Notes: a model not told the origin generated them from the letters alone. 64,000 nt of DNA from Octopus sinensis (GCF_006345805.1 NC_043008.1:21638001-21702000); one strand, 5' to 3'; shown: positions 1 to 13,034, numbered from the stretch's first letter. Program-made: numbers and translations.

Positions 1-62
1 CTTGGAAATCTATTTCGGGAAAGATTATCTTAATATCAAAGAAAATGTATTCTTAGTCTTCA

Positions 63-385
63 GGATGTGGTAGCCGTTTCGCATGCTCCCTCTCCGGAAT
101 CGAACCCTGATTCCCCGTTACCCGTTGCCACCACGGTCGGCACTGACCGGGCCGTCGACAGTTGATAGGGCGGACTCGCGGGGGACCCGTCGCGCGAAGG
201 CTAGTGCGATACTAGCCCGTGCGATCGAACTGACAGTTATCCAGAGTCACCGAAATCGAAGGGCGTGAAGCCGCCGCACGCCTAGGACCCGCGCACGGAA
301 GGCGCGGCGGCTGCTACGACGGCCCGTACGCGTCGGTCTCAGTCTAATATTTGCGCCGCGACCAATGCGGAAGGCCGAATCTAAT
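63..385 (-). rRNA. Orphan 18S rRNA fragment (5' domain, V2-V3 region), dispersed pseudogene
   Basis: Reverse complement of universal 18S motifs: GGATGTGGTAGCCGTTTC, CTCCCTCTCCGGAATCGAACCCTGATTCCCCGTTACCCG, GTTGATAGGGC, GTTATCCAGAGTCACC. GC-rich island with abrupt AT-rich flanks and no other rDNA nearby. Confidence 0.9.
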
Positions 386-1371
386 TCTTTGGTTTTATTT
401 TTGTGCAAAGTTTATATGAAATAGCTGCTTTATAAACTCGTCTTTTCTATGTGATACTGTATCATATAATGCTCCATGTGAAGTATTGATACGGTACTTT
501 GTAGTAAATATATCATCAACGTACAAGAAAGTCTTGGTCTTGTATGATTAATGAAAAAATTCGGGGAGTCAGTTTCACAGACATCATGATTGAATATTAA
601 ATGAAAATGATATATTTTTCTGTGGTTTGTTATACTTAGTGTTTACGAGTAATTTCCGTAATATATTATTAAATGTTAAAATATAACATACACACACATA
701 TACATATTATGTTTTGGTATATAAACTATTTTTACAACGTATTCGTCTATCCTGTAGCAACATAGCTCTTATATAATCATTTATGTGTGGTCTGTTTTTG
801 TTTTTAATTAGTTTTGTGTCTGTTGAAGTTCTGTAAGTAATCGGTTCTGGAATCATATTGCTTTAGTAAACCGAAATATAATTGGGATTGTATTGTTGTA
901 TAGACAGACTTATTTGCAATTTTCTGTTTCCTTTTATCGATCGACGTTTCTTTTATTCTATTTATGTTTATTTGTTAAGCTTCGGTTATGTGGGACAAAC
1001 TAAAGACTACTAAAATTATTACACAATGGTATAATTTACATACGAACGCCATGGTTGTAATAAGCGAGTAATGAGCGATATTTTAGCCTACATTGAAGAC
1101 TACGGCTTTTGGTAGTTAAAACTTAAATTTGGTATACTACAATCTCGTTTAATTTCCCTTCTCTTAATGTCACAGAAAATTAGGATAAATTCTAGTTATG
1201 GATATCATTGACATCCAGAAAGTCGGATAATGTAATCTTACATTACCTAAAATCGGCAATTTTGCTATCGCCCTATAAATATTGAAGATAAATACCTTGG
1301 TTACATTTGCTTCCGTTCCAGCTGCTTTGAAATTTTCATAACGATAAAGAAAATTGTTTTTTTTATTATTA

Positions 1372-1484
1372 TAGCCCGAGGCATTAATAGAAAGCACTTG
1401 CCAAAGGTTCCCACGCAGTAGGACTGAACCATAAACCATGTGGTTGGGAAACAAGCTTCTTAACACGCAGCTATGCAAGCACCT
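1372..1484 (-). mobile_element. CORE-type SINE, degenerate head fragment
   Basis: Matches the head/CORE of the full copies (e.g. 3950-4053): GGACTGAACC...AACCATGTGGTTGGGAAACAAGCTTCTTA. Confidence 0.8.
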
Positions 1485-1701
1485 ATATATATATATATTA
1501 TATATATTACCCGAAATGTATAGTATTAAATAGCCATCACGGTTGATCTTACCAATCGGTTTCACGTAAAGAATACAATGGAGTGTAAGGTAACAATCCT
1601 ATTATGTAACTTTACGCTCATAAGAGTTAGCAAGCATGGAAGGGAATATGGCGATTGTTGTCCATTGTTGGAGGTGGATTAGCACAACCGGTCAGCAGCC
1701 G

Positions 1702-1764
<63 letters not shown>

Positions 1765-2159
1765 TATACATACATATACACACACACATATATATATCTA
1801 AGGGTGGTGAAAATTTAATATTAATTTGATTAATATCAATTGAAAACCAGTGGGGATATTGAAAAATCTGAAGAGTCAGAAAAATTATATTACATATATA
1901 TAACTTAGATGACCACTAAGATACAAAATATAAAGATTTAATATTTCATTTGTGTTGCTCGCTTATGTTCTGGCGTTTGCAAAATTTTCTTGAGAGCAAT
2001 CCTTTCTTTGTGATAAGACCATAGGGGTCGACATCTAGCATATGGATGACCACTTAGTCGTCATCCAACTTATATGTATGTTATACATACACACACATAT
2101 ATAAATATATATATATGTGTGTGTGTGTATGTATATACTTATATATATATGTGTGTATG

Positions 2160-2163
2160 TATA

Positions 2164-2238
<75 letters not shown>

Positions 2239-2271
2239 GTATGTATATATATATATATATATATAATATAT

Positions 2272-2339
<68 letters not shown>
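2160..2339. repeat. (TA)n microsatellite
   Basis: Direct reading; source of the YIYIYI ORFs. Confidence 0.98.
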
Positions 2340-2340
<1 letters not shown>

Positions 2341-3602
2341 TTGATACACTCATCCGAGTTAGTCCATTAAATTTGAACATTTCAAAGAAGCAATTCTAAC
2401 TCTCTTGTTATTTTAAAACTAATATCTTTTCTCTTAACACTGCTTCAATGAAAGCATAAGTTACCATTGACTGACTAGTGACAGCTGCAATGTATGGCTT
2501 CTTCAGTTAATGCGATCAATTTTGATATTTATTCTTTACTCAATAAAAACAATATATTTTCTATTGTATTCCTACAGCTTGTGGTAAGATTTAACTGACG
2601 GCAATGTAAATTAAATGAACATAGTCTCTGCAACTGAACATAGAAAACGAGTCCATATTCACACATAAGTATATACACGCATACATACATACATTCATAC
2701 AAACCTATATGTATGTAGAAGTGTACATATATATATATGTCTATATATATATAGTATGTAAGTATGTATGCACACATACATACATATATAAATACATATA
2801 TATATATACATATATATTCATCTGTGTATATATGCACCCAAACTTGTGTATGCACATATATACATGTATATATACACATACATATCTATGCGGAGTATAA
2901 ATGTATACATGTATGTGCGTGCGTGTGCATATAATATATATTTATATTATATATTTATTTGTATCTATCTATTATATATATATATAGAGAGAGAGACATA
3001 TACATGTATACGTATATATATATATGTATATATATATTTATATATGCATATATGTGTATATATATATATAGGCATATACATGTATACGTATATATGTACG
3101 CATGTGCATGTCGTAAAATATATATGCCCACTCATTTTGCTCTCTATATATCTGTGTATATGTGTGTACTGATGTATGTGTGAGTGTGATTGCGTGCATA
3201 TGTGTAACATGCATGTATATATCATACATATATTCACACACATATGTATGCATACGAGGAGACGCGCATATATATGTACATATACATATATAAATATTCT
3301 CAGACATACATATATTTCTATACTCATACATATATGCTTGCGTCCGTACGTAAATGCATACATGCATACATACATACTTACATACATACATTCATACATA
3401 TGTGTTTGTATGTATGCAGCTGTTAAGTGGAGCATATGCAGCAGTTAATACTGCCGTCGAAAGCATTTAGCTTCCAGTACTTCAGCTGTATTTCTGCTTT
3501 CCCTATGAAGTGGAAGAAAACTGCCACTTTAACAAGAAAACTCTGATCTAGCGAGTAAGTATCTAAACGGTCAGTTGCCGGCAAGAAATATTAGCCATGC
3601 TC

Positions 3603-4053
3603 TCTTTTACTCTGTTACGCTTTTACTTGTTTCAGTCATTTGACGGTCGCTATGCATGAGCACCGCCTTTCGTCAAGCAAATCGACCCTAGGACCTATTC
3701 TTTGTAAGCCTAGTACTTATTCGGTCGATCTTTTTTGCCGAACCGCTAGGTTACTGGGACGTAAATACACCAGCATCGGTTCTCAAGCGATGTTGGTGGG
3801 GGGACAGACACAGACACAAAAAAACACAAACAAACACACACCACACACACACACACACATACAAACACACATATATATATGCATATATACGACGGGTTTC
3901 TTTCAGTTTCCCTCTACCAAATCCACTCACAAGGCTTTGGTCGGCCTGAGGCTATAGTAGAAGATACTAGCCCAAGGTGCCACGCAGTGGGACTGAACTC
4001 GGAACCATGTGGCTGGTAAGCAAGCTACTTACCACATCGCCATTCCTGCGCCT
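3603..4053 (-). mobile_element. Full-length tRNA-headed CORE-type SINE (octopus OR-like family)
   Basis: Minus strand gives an A-box/B-box head (GGTTCCGAGTTCAGTCCC), the CORE-like CCTTGGGC...CTATAGCCTC segment, an internal (CA)/(TA) tract and the shared tail TACTTGTTTCAGTCATTTGAC. More than 15 relatives in the window. Confidence 0.9.
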
Positions 4054-4379
4054 AGCCATATCCATCAAATGATATTGTATTCTTTTCAGTAAGAGAAGGT
4101 TACACTAGATATAGTATCTTGTAGACATAGTGTAATAAAAACTAGACTACTTGTCATCATAAAGCGTGGAAAACCAAATTCTGTTTTAAGAACATAAAAC
4201 CATGAAACCTAAGGCCGATAATCCAGGTTTCGTTTGTTTGATCATTTCAAGTATTTTACAACGAATGCAATAAATGTCGAATTTAATGATATGTAAGAAT
4301 GACAATGCAGCTTTAATGAGAACATGTGAACTGGTATATGGAAGCGGGATTTGATTCTTATGCTTTTCAGTAACGAATT

Positions 4380-4560
4380 GTTTCAATCTGACTGATGTTC
4401 GAAACGTGGCCTTCCAATCTTCGTTTTAGGCATTGTATTATATCATGATTTTGATCATGTAATTTCCATCTGGCTGTGACCAACACGTCTTCATTTCTGA
4501 CATATACTATGTCTTCGATCATCCAGTTTATATACAGTAATTTTAAAGTACCAGGCAGCC
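4380..4560 (-). pseudogene. Decayed RTE-type LINE ORF C-terminal remnant
   Basis: Minus frame reads SICQK*RRVGHSQMEIT*SKS*YTMPKTKIGRPR, resembling the RTE W-A-G-H-V-x-R...K-R-x-x-G-R-P-R end. Confidence 0.55.
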
Positions 4561-5039
4561 AGATAAAAGTTGGTACTCCGTATCCAATCTACTGTAGAGT
4601 ATTGTGTTCTTGGCTGAGGGACACAACTGGAATAGGACATGATTGTTACATATTGCCAGTGAAGTTTCTTTATAAATATAATTATTCCTCTAGCAAAATG
4701 CAGCAAAATACATGAAATGTATTGTTGTTCTTGTTCTTGTTCTTGATAATGATGAAGAAGATGATGATGATGATGTTTCACTCCTGGTCAACTATTATCA
4801 AATAAACATAAGAACAAGGGCATTCTAGCCTTTGCCAATTGGCTTTTATTCTTTTGTTTATTTAGGGCTACATTACCTAATCTGGAATTGCAGAGAGAAA
4901 GGTATGAATTAATGGGGATTAGGCTACTACTTCTAGTAACCTGAGTGGCCACATACAGACTCCTGCCTTCGACCTATGTTTGTATAATTTGTAACATATG
5001 TGTAGGGCGTGGCTGCTTCAGTCAATAATATGAAACAAA

Positions 5040-5275
5040 GTGTATTGTTCTCATAATCGTAAGATTGTGGTTTCAATTCCTGGAACGGGCGATGCGCTGT
5101 GTCCTTGAGCAAAACGCTTTCATTTCACGTCTATTAAGGTGGTGAAATGTGAATAATCCTGCGATGGATCGGCGTCCCGGCGTCCCGTCCCATGGGGGAA
5201 ATATATACGCTGCTGAATCCGGGAAAACAGTTACATGAGCCTGTGGCACGGGAAGGACTTTTGCTTCCCTTCGAT
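5040..5275 (+). mobile_element. tRNA-headed SINE with CORE-like and V-domain-like segments
   Basis: B-box-like GGTTTCAATTCC, TGTGTCCTTGAGCAAAAC, then CCTGCGATGGATCGGCGTCCCG...GTCC similar to the V-SINE domain. Confidence 0.65.
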
Positions 5276-5654
5276 TTATTAAAGTAGGTAGATGTGTGTG
5301 TGTATATGTACGCATGCGCGCACGCGTGTGTGGGGAGATATTAAAATAGAGACATACAGACTCCACAAGGTTTTAATTTTAAAACGCCACAAGATTACAA
5401 AACCTTATACCAAGAACCAAATAATCTAATAGACTAATCACTGAAATTCGTACACACACACACACACATGCAGCCTATTGTTCTACTTCACTGCATTAAT
5501 TACATTGATACTTCATATATTGACTTCTTCGCAAACATCCTCCATGGATTTATATTACTTTCTTCAAATATTCCAACATAGTAGTGTCAGATCAATTAGA
5601 AGGCATTTAGATTCACGGTTCGCGATATCGCAAAGCAATTATGCCCCCTAGAAG

Positions 5655-5655
<1 letters not shown>

Positions 5656-5703
<48 letters not shown>

Positions 5704-5722
5704 ATATATATATATATAAATA

Positions 5723-5805
<83 letters not shown>

Positions 5806-5814
5806 TATATAAAT

Positions 5815-5863
<49 letters not shown>

Positions 5864-5929
5864 AATATATATATATATAAATAATATATATATAAATATA
5901 TATATATTATATATATATATATATTATAA

Positions 5930-5993
<64 letters not shown>
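5656..5993. repeat. (TA)n microsatellite, about 340 bp
   Basis: Direct reading. Confidence 0.98.
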
Positions 5994-5997
<4 letters not shown>

Positions 5998-6197
5998 AGC
6001 GTACAATTATCTTTCGAACTGGAAGCATTCCCGATTTAATGCTTGTCGCTATTGTGACAGGTTCATTTCTGACTTTCTTTCTCTCTTTATTCTCCTGGTT
6101 ATTTTAATTCTTTCTTTCATCCAATCTTTATGCATTCACCGGTCGTTATCCTTATCGTTCCCCCACTCCCGGCTCTCTCTCACTGTCACATAAATAG

Positions 6198-6459
6198 AAC
6201 ATTATTTACATTATTTAAATTTGACGGATATTTGTCCTCGTCTTGTTTGTTGTTAACACAACGTTTCGGCTGATATACTCTCCAGCCTTCATCATATATC
6301 TTGGGAAAATTTCGAACCTGGGTTCTCATTCCTAAGGTATTTTTCGATGTTGTTGTTGTTATTACTATTATTATTATTATTATTCAGGTCACTCTCTGGA
6401 ACCGAACTCGGAACCTTGGGGTTAGTAGCTCGCGCTCTTAACCACTACGCCATATGCCC
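6198..6459 (-). mobile_element. tRNA-headed SINE with (AAT)n middle and hammerhead-like tail
   Basis: Minus strand: GGGCATATGGCGTAGTGGTTAAG (A box), GAGTTCGGTTCC (B box), (AAT)n, then ATGATGA-A-GGCTG..CAGCC-GAAAC-GTT-GTGTT at 6255-6300. Confidence 0.85.
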
Positions 6460-6529
6460 GTGAGCGTAGAGGTTAAGAGCGCTGGCTACTAACCGCAAAA
6501 TTGTGACTTCGATTTCAGGCAGTGACCTA

Positions 6530-6591
<62 letters not shown>

Positions 6592-6747
6592 CAACAACAT
6601 TGAAAAATACCTTAGGAATGAGATCCCAGGTTCGAAATTTCTCCAAGAAACGTTGTGATCACAGCAAACAAGATGAGGACAAATGTCCTTCAAATGTAAA
6701 TAATGTAAATAATGTACATAATTCCTCATCTCTTAAATATAGAACTG
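6460..6747 (+). mobile_element. Second copy of the tRNA/HHR SINE, head-to-head with the first; HHR core deleted
   Basis: Same head, (AAT)n and tail. CCAAG is joined directly to AAACGTTG at about 6647, removing CTGATGA and stem II. Confidence 0.85.
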
Positions 6748-7597
6748 CAACGCTCTCCAGCCAAGGTTTGAACCCTGGCTCCGCCAGCTTCACATAGACG
6801 TCTGAATTGAGCCTAAGCCCTGTTCAAAACCGATGAGAGGATGGATTCCAGTGAGAGACTCACAACGCCTGCATTATTTACATTTGAAGGACATTTGTCC
6901 TCATCTTGTTTGCTGTGATCACATCGTCATGATTACACGTAACTCTATTCCAATTTTCAGATGATTTCCAGTTCTCCATGTTAGATAAGGTTTTCTTATC
7001 TACATGCTAAATATTTATGTTTTGCAACACCGTTGTCTGTTTACCAATGCATTAAGGGGTTCCTAAAAAAAAGGAGACATAAACACCATCAAATTTATCC
7101 CGAACACCCTGCAAATGTAAATTAAAACGTTAATATACCGAATACTGGGTTTTTTTCTTATGTACTTTATCGCATAAAGTTTATTTGAAATGAATCAGCC
7201 AACAATTGAAACCGTTGTGCAAGAATATATTCCCAGACGCTAATCGCCTGGAACCATAACCATTGCAACTCAATATCTAAACAGGAAAACAGATGTGGTT
7301 TGAAAAGAGAATACCGAAAACTTAACTCGAGTCTGAAGTTTTAGGTTTTAAAGGATAATGACAGATTATTGTTACTTGATTTGTCTTATTTAATATTTTA
7401 TGTTATTTTCAAAGTGAAACTTAGACAAAGAAAATTATTTATGAATTTAGATAATGAAATATCGCAGGAACGCAACGAATATCGAAAACTACACAAGAAT
7501 TAAGTAAAGAAAAAGAAAGAAATCCATAAATTTTGATAAACATTTACATAAGGAGGATTCTTTTACCATATGTGTGTGTGCGCGCGTGTGTATTATA

Positions 7598-7983
7598 TGT
7601 GGAAGCACTCCGTCGGTTACGACGACGAGGGTTCCGGTTGATCCGAATCAACGGAAAAGCCTGCTCGTGAAATTAACGTGTAAGTGGCTGAGCACTCCAC
7701 AGACACGTGTACCCTTAACGTAGTTCTCGGGGATATTCAGCGTGACACAGAGAGTGACAAGGCCGGCCCTTTGAAATACAGGTACAACAGAAACAGGAAG
7801 TAAGAGTGAGAGAAAGTTGTGGTGAAAGAGTACAGCAGGGATCACCACCACCCCATGCCGGAGCCTCGTGGAGCTTTAGGTGTTTTCGCTCAATAAACAC
7901 TCACAACGCCCGGTCTGGGAATCGAAACCGCGATCCTATGACCGCGAGTTCCGCTGCCCTAACCGCTGGGCCATTGCGCCTCC
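7598..7983 (-). mobile_element. Full-length tRNA-derived SINE (third family)
   Basis: Minus strand begins GGAGGCGCAATGGCCCAGCGGTTAGG (A box) ... GGTTTCGATTCCC (B box). CpGs are largely intact. Confidence 0.8.
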
Positions 7984-7986
7984 GTG

Positions 7987-8008
7987 TATAATATATATAA
8001 TATATATA

Positions 8009-8046
<38 letters not shown>

Positions 8047-8057
8047 TATAATATATA

Positions 8058-8145
<88 letters not shown>
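7987..8145. repeat. (TA)n microsatellite
   Basis: Direct reading. Confidence 0.97.
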
Positions 8146-8149
<4 letters not shown>

Positions 8150-8159
8150 GGGCGGGGGT

Positions 8160-8395
8160 TGTGTGTGTGACTGAGTCTTAGTGTATGAATTTGTCCTCCT
8201 ACATCAATTGGTGTGTCAGTGTGTTTACGTCCCGATAACCTACCAGCTCGGCAAAAGAGACTGGTAAAATTACTACCAATTTTTACAAAAAACGGTAAGT
8301 CCTGGAGTCGATTCGTTCGGCTAAATTTCTTCAAGGCAATGCCCCAGCATGGCCACAGTCCAATGAGTGAAAGAGGAAAAAGAATAAAGAATATA
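8160..8395 (+). mobile_element. CORE-type SINE, degenerate 3' half
   Basis: GTGTGTTTACGTCCC...GGCAAAAGAGAC...CCAGCATGGCCACAGTC matches the family tail. Confidence 0.75.
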
Positions 8396-8619
8396 TAGAG
8401 AGAGGGTACGGTGAATATATTGTCTTCTAAATTGCACAAAAATGAAAATAACACTGACATCTCATCTTAACATATACTTGCCGAAATCACATCAATATAT
8501 CTTGCAATGCTAGAGTAAACTTATGAAATTAAATAGCCATTGGGTTCAACCATATATGTATGTATATATATATATATATATAAAGAAAAAGGAGGCTGTC
8601 AGAATTTTTGGAGAATTAT

Positions 8620-8661
8620 TTATTAGCGCTTTCGTTCGTTTAATCAAATTCTTCAAGATAA
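8620..8661 (-). ncRNA. Degenerate type I hammerhead motif
   Basis: TTAT-C(T)TGAAGA-ATTTG attaaa CGAAC-GAAA-GCGC-TA-ATAA. Stem I is 4 bp and stem III is the palindrome AGCGCU. One extra base in the core. Confidence 0.6.
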
Positions 8662-8801
8662 TAGAACCAGCTAATAAAGAATTATCCAAAATTCCTAATG
8701 CCACCACCTTTTTCTTAATATACAATATCTGTACAGTACTTCAAATACACACAATCTCTCTTCTCTCTCTCTCTCTCTTATATATATACTATATATGTAT
8801 T

Positions 8802-8845
<44 letters not shown>

Positions 8846-9430
8846 ATATATATAATATAATATGTTGTTACTTGATGAAGGAAAATGAATATGTAACGCA
8901 CATGATTTTTTTGAAAGTCTAGTTGAGTAAGACTAATGTTCTTATGGTTCGGTGCAAGTTTTAGTTGCTGAAGAGAGATGTAGTGTTGGAATCAACTGCA
9001 CTACATTAACCGCATGTCTTTAATATAAACTAGAATATATGAAAATCAAAGCAAACACTCATAGAATATTGATACAACCCAGTGCAATGTGCTATGTTCT
9101 ACTATTTCATCAACGCATATCGCCCTTGCAAATGTATGTAATAATGTCTCTCTTGGCACGAGGCCAGACCTGGGTTTGTTAAAGTCAATATACATTTATA
9201 TACATTTATCTTACGCACATATGCGGTTATGTATATGCACACATGCACCACATAGAGTGAGATATAAACACACACACATACGCATGTTATGTGACGTTAT
9301 AAAGAAACGTAATTCAACATTAAACTGGAAGATCAATCAGAGTACATGTTTCATTAAATTTTATATGGATAATGTTGATAGTGACTTCGAAATCTCGGCG
9401 TACCAACCACCACCACCAATGTAGACATAC

Positions 9431-9496
<66 letters not shown>

Positions 9497-10281
9497 TGTG
9501 TACATGTATATATTACGTGCCCCATTCAAGAGTTTATAATCTCAAAGGAATAAAATGCTTCGCTGCTCTCACTGTCATTTGAACTCAGAACACTGAACTG
9601 ACAAACCTTGAGACGCTTTATTTTCCTCATTAACAACTGTTGTTCTCCTTTAGATTTATGATAGCATACGTTCCATTCGTTACTATCGTTATTTTAAATA
9701 AATATATAATTTTCATTTTTCACGATTGTATGACATGTTTTGCAGATTTCACAGCTCTTTCCTAATTGCTAGCAAATCAATCAACCGTGAAGACACTTCT
9801 CTGATTGGTCTGGCTCTTGATCTAGATTGCTGGTAAATTTTTATGTAGCAAGTGGAACGGTGGGGAACAGAAACACTTACAACGTTCTTACTCATGGAAC
9901 AATAAGAAGTTCTGGGAGGAATTTCTTGTAATTTACTCCATCCAGGTACGTAACGCAAGGGAATTCAGGGTCACAATTTTTCCCTCTAACTACTCTTAAA
10001 AGCCTCATCAGTGACTCCCTGTCCCATATGTTTCCTCTTGCCCTTTTCATTCCATTATTCTTACGTCAAATCCTGCTGAGGACGACTTCACCTTCTTCGT
10101 TCCCTGGGTCGATAAAACATCAATCAAGTACAAATGTCGACAGTATCGTTTCACATCTCACCTCAGAATTAATGACCCTACGCCTACATTGGAATTAATC
10201 ACTACTAAAAGAAGCAGCAAACTGCAAATTTTACTTTACTCACAGCCCAAAGACACAAATTTCTATAAGCAATGTTTTATC

Positions 10282-10730
10282 GGATCTTTTCGGTTTGAAC
10301 GGCAGTTTTTTCTCGTGGTTTCATATGAAATTGTCACCCATAATTATGACCCTAGTATCGATCTATTGCATTTCAATCTGTTTTAGGGTTAGAGTTAGAG
10401 TTAGGGTTAGTTAGGGTTAGGGTTAGGGTTAGGGGTGGGGGGAAGGGTATATCTTTTTTTCTTCAGAAATGTAAATAAACCCCATCTGTTTCTTAAACAA
10501 GGACATATTCATCCGGCACAGAATGTTTTCACCTCAATAGACGACATTGATGGTGAATTGGAAGGGCAGAAATCGAAGAAAAAAACAACAAATATCTTAC
10601 AAACTATAGAATTTTCTCAAACCAAGAGAAAAAGATGTTTTATAAACACATTCTACCAGTATACGAGGTTTAAAAGTGTTTAGTTACGTGGAAATTATTT
10701 TAAAAACTGCTGGTCAAACCAAAAAGATCC
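10282..10730. mobile_element. MITE with GG-ended TIRs, 8-bp TSD and internal (TTAGGG)n; Merlin-like by TSD and termini
   Basis: TIR GGATCTTTTCGGTTTGAACGGCAGTTTTT / AAAAACTGCTGGTCAAACCAAAAAGATCC. GTTTTATC is duplicated at 10274-10281 and 10731-10738. Confidence 0.85.
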
Positions 10731-10975
10731 GTTTTATCATTAGAATGACATGAGGTAACCCGCATTTACTTTTTCGACTATGAAGAGATGAAATGTAAAG
10801 TTAGCTCCGGTCAGATCTGAACATGAAATACAGAGAAACAAAATGAAGTACCAACAGGAATTTAGTACAAAGCACAGCCATTCCAAACACTTTATCACCT
10901 TAATTATAATTACATATTAATACATTATACGTAGAAATGTCTTTCACCTTTTTATTTGAGTATTCTATTATATTT

Positions 10976-11041
<66 letters not shown>

Positions 11042-11465
11042 CCGTGCTACAATCGAACGTCGCAAAATATTTTTCAGCATAAGATATAATTGGAGACGGA
11101 CCGTTCAACAATGGCATTTATATCCGAAAATTTGTACATTCAATCTATCTTTGAAAAAGACGCTAATGAAATGTCTGCGAAGCTGTTGGAGAAAATCTTA
11201 AAGAACAACAGAATCAATAATTCTGTTGGAGCACAAAACGATGTTAACGCATTGGTTTCTGTGTAGAACGCTGTTATTTGACATTCAGTCAAAATAGTTA
11301 TTGAACGCCGGAGAATGATCGACCGAATGAAGCAGAGAATAAGTTCGCTTGTCTTCATTTCTTCATTAAAGAAAAGAAAGAAAAGAAGAATTCTGTTGCC
11401 AGACGGCGAGAAAGGTAGAATGACAACAGACAAAAGAAAACTTTTTAGAGAAAATAATGTATGTA

Positions 11466-11890
11466 TACTCTTTTACTCTTTTACTTGTTTCAGTCATTTG
11501 ACTGCGGCCATGCTGGAGCACCGCCTTTAGTCGAACAAATCGACCCCGGGACTTATACTTTGTAAGCCCAGTACTTATTCTATCGGTCTCTTTTGCTGAA
11601 CCGCTAAGTGACGGGGACGTAAACACTCCAGCATCGGTTGTCAAGCAATGCTAGAGGGACAAACATAGACAAACATATACACATACGTACACACATATAT
11701 ATATATACATATATATATACATATATATATATAGACGACAGGCTTCTTTCAGTTTCCGTCTACCAAATCCACTCACAAGGCTTTGGTCGGCCCGAGGCTA
11801 TAGCAGAAGACACTTGCCCAAGATGCCACGCAGTGGGACTGAACCCGTAACCATGTGGTTGGTTAGCAAGCTACTTACCACACAGCCACG
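11466..11890 (-). mobile_element. Full-length CORE-type SINE
   Basis: High similarity to 3603-4053 and 49080-49490. Confidence 0.92.
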
Positions 11891-11919
11891 TATCTATAAT
11901 ATATATATATATACACACA

Positions 11920-11960
<41 letters not shown>

Positions 11961-12249
11961 TGTGTGTATACAAATGTGTGTATACAATCAGCGGAATTAG
12001 AACTCAATACGTCAAAGTATGATACGTATTAAGTACTTGCAACGTTACAAAAGGTATTGAAGGCCTAGAATTTCATGGGTGATATCAAATTTTCAGGCAT
12101 CGAGTTTTACAGCTAAATTATGCGCGTATTATCTGTGTGTGTGTGTGTGTGTGTGTTCTGAAATTTACGTAAAACAAAAGATAGCCAGAGGTGCTGTAAT
12201 ATTCAAAAAACTCTAATTAATACGGCGATCAAAGAGGCTCACATCGCAA

Positions 12250-12670
12250 ACTAAACCTGGGTTATTCGGGTTAATTGATATCTCAACAACAATATATGCT
12301 GCTAACACATGGAAGAGTACTATAAACATTGAAGAACTGACTGATACCTTCAAACAAAAATTCTTAAGAAAAATCCTGGATCTTAGATGGCAAGACAAGA
12401 TCACAAACGAGATGTGTTTCCAAGCATCAATGCCGCACGCCTGTCATCAAAGGCAGCAGATTGCAGTTGGCAGGGCGTGTCCTGCGAATGGAGTACTATA
12501 TCTCAACAAGAAATGCAATGACATGGTTATCAGTTGGGAATAGACCAAAGGGTAACGAAAAACTGGAGATGACCAGCGCAGGTGTGGCACATACTGGTTT
12601 CAAACTCCAAATGTAGATAAAAGACAGAAGAGCAACGTGGCCCTTTGCCGTGAGGCTAGAGGAACCTGAT
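12250..12670 (+). pseudogene. RTE-type LINE 3' fragment
   Basis: Translates to TTIYAANTWKSTINIEELTDTFKQKFLRKILDLRWQDKITNE, then LQLAGRVLRME after a frameshift; these are RTE C-terminal motifs. Confidence 0.8.
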
Positions 12671-13034
12671 GACTGTTACATACATGTATATACATACATG
12701 TACGTGTGTGTGTGTGGCATATTGTACTGAAAGCACAACTATATCACGTTATTTATTCTTTCAAAGATTTCTATAAAAATCTTATAATTATTTTGCTGTA
12801 TATTTGGAACACTAATGTTTTTAAATCGAACCTCAAATTTTCAGACCATAGTCTCACGTTCAAAATAATTGCATATTAGAGTGTGGTACCATCTCATTAT
12901 AGTAGACATTACCAATATTATATGTTTTAGACAGGATCAAATTATTGGTATAAACACCACAACACCTATTTTCGTTCGTTATTAATATATAATACAAATG
13001 TGAGGTAGTACACTGGCACAATCATTAGCACATC

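Noticed and set aside
83-268. 61-aa ORF
   Set aside because: Lies antisense to the 18S fragment and is open only because the region is GC-rich.
1860-1890. CTGAAGAGTCAGAAA near a (TA)n tract
   Set aside because: No room for stem II and no NUH or stem I; at most a truncated half.
9970-10015. Minus-strand CTGATGA...GAAA with a 4-bp stem I
   Set aside because: The cleavage position would be G, and stem II is offset by two unpaired Gs. Chance or too decayed to count.
10384-10433. (TTAGGG)n as a chromosome end or fusion scar
   Set aside because: Short, degenerate and inside a TSD-flanked MITE that recurs in the window.
11110-11430. Protein-like frame MAFISENLYIQSIFEKD...
   Set aside because: Interrupted by stops, with no motif I recognise and no splice support.
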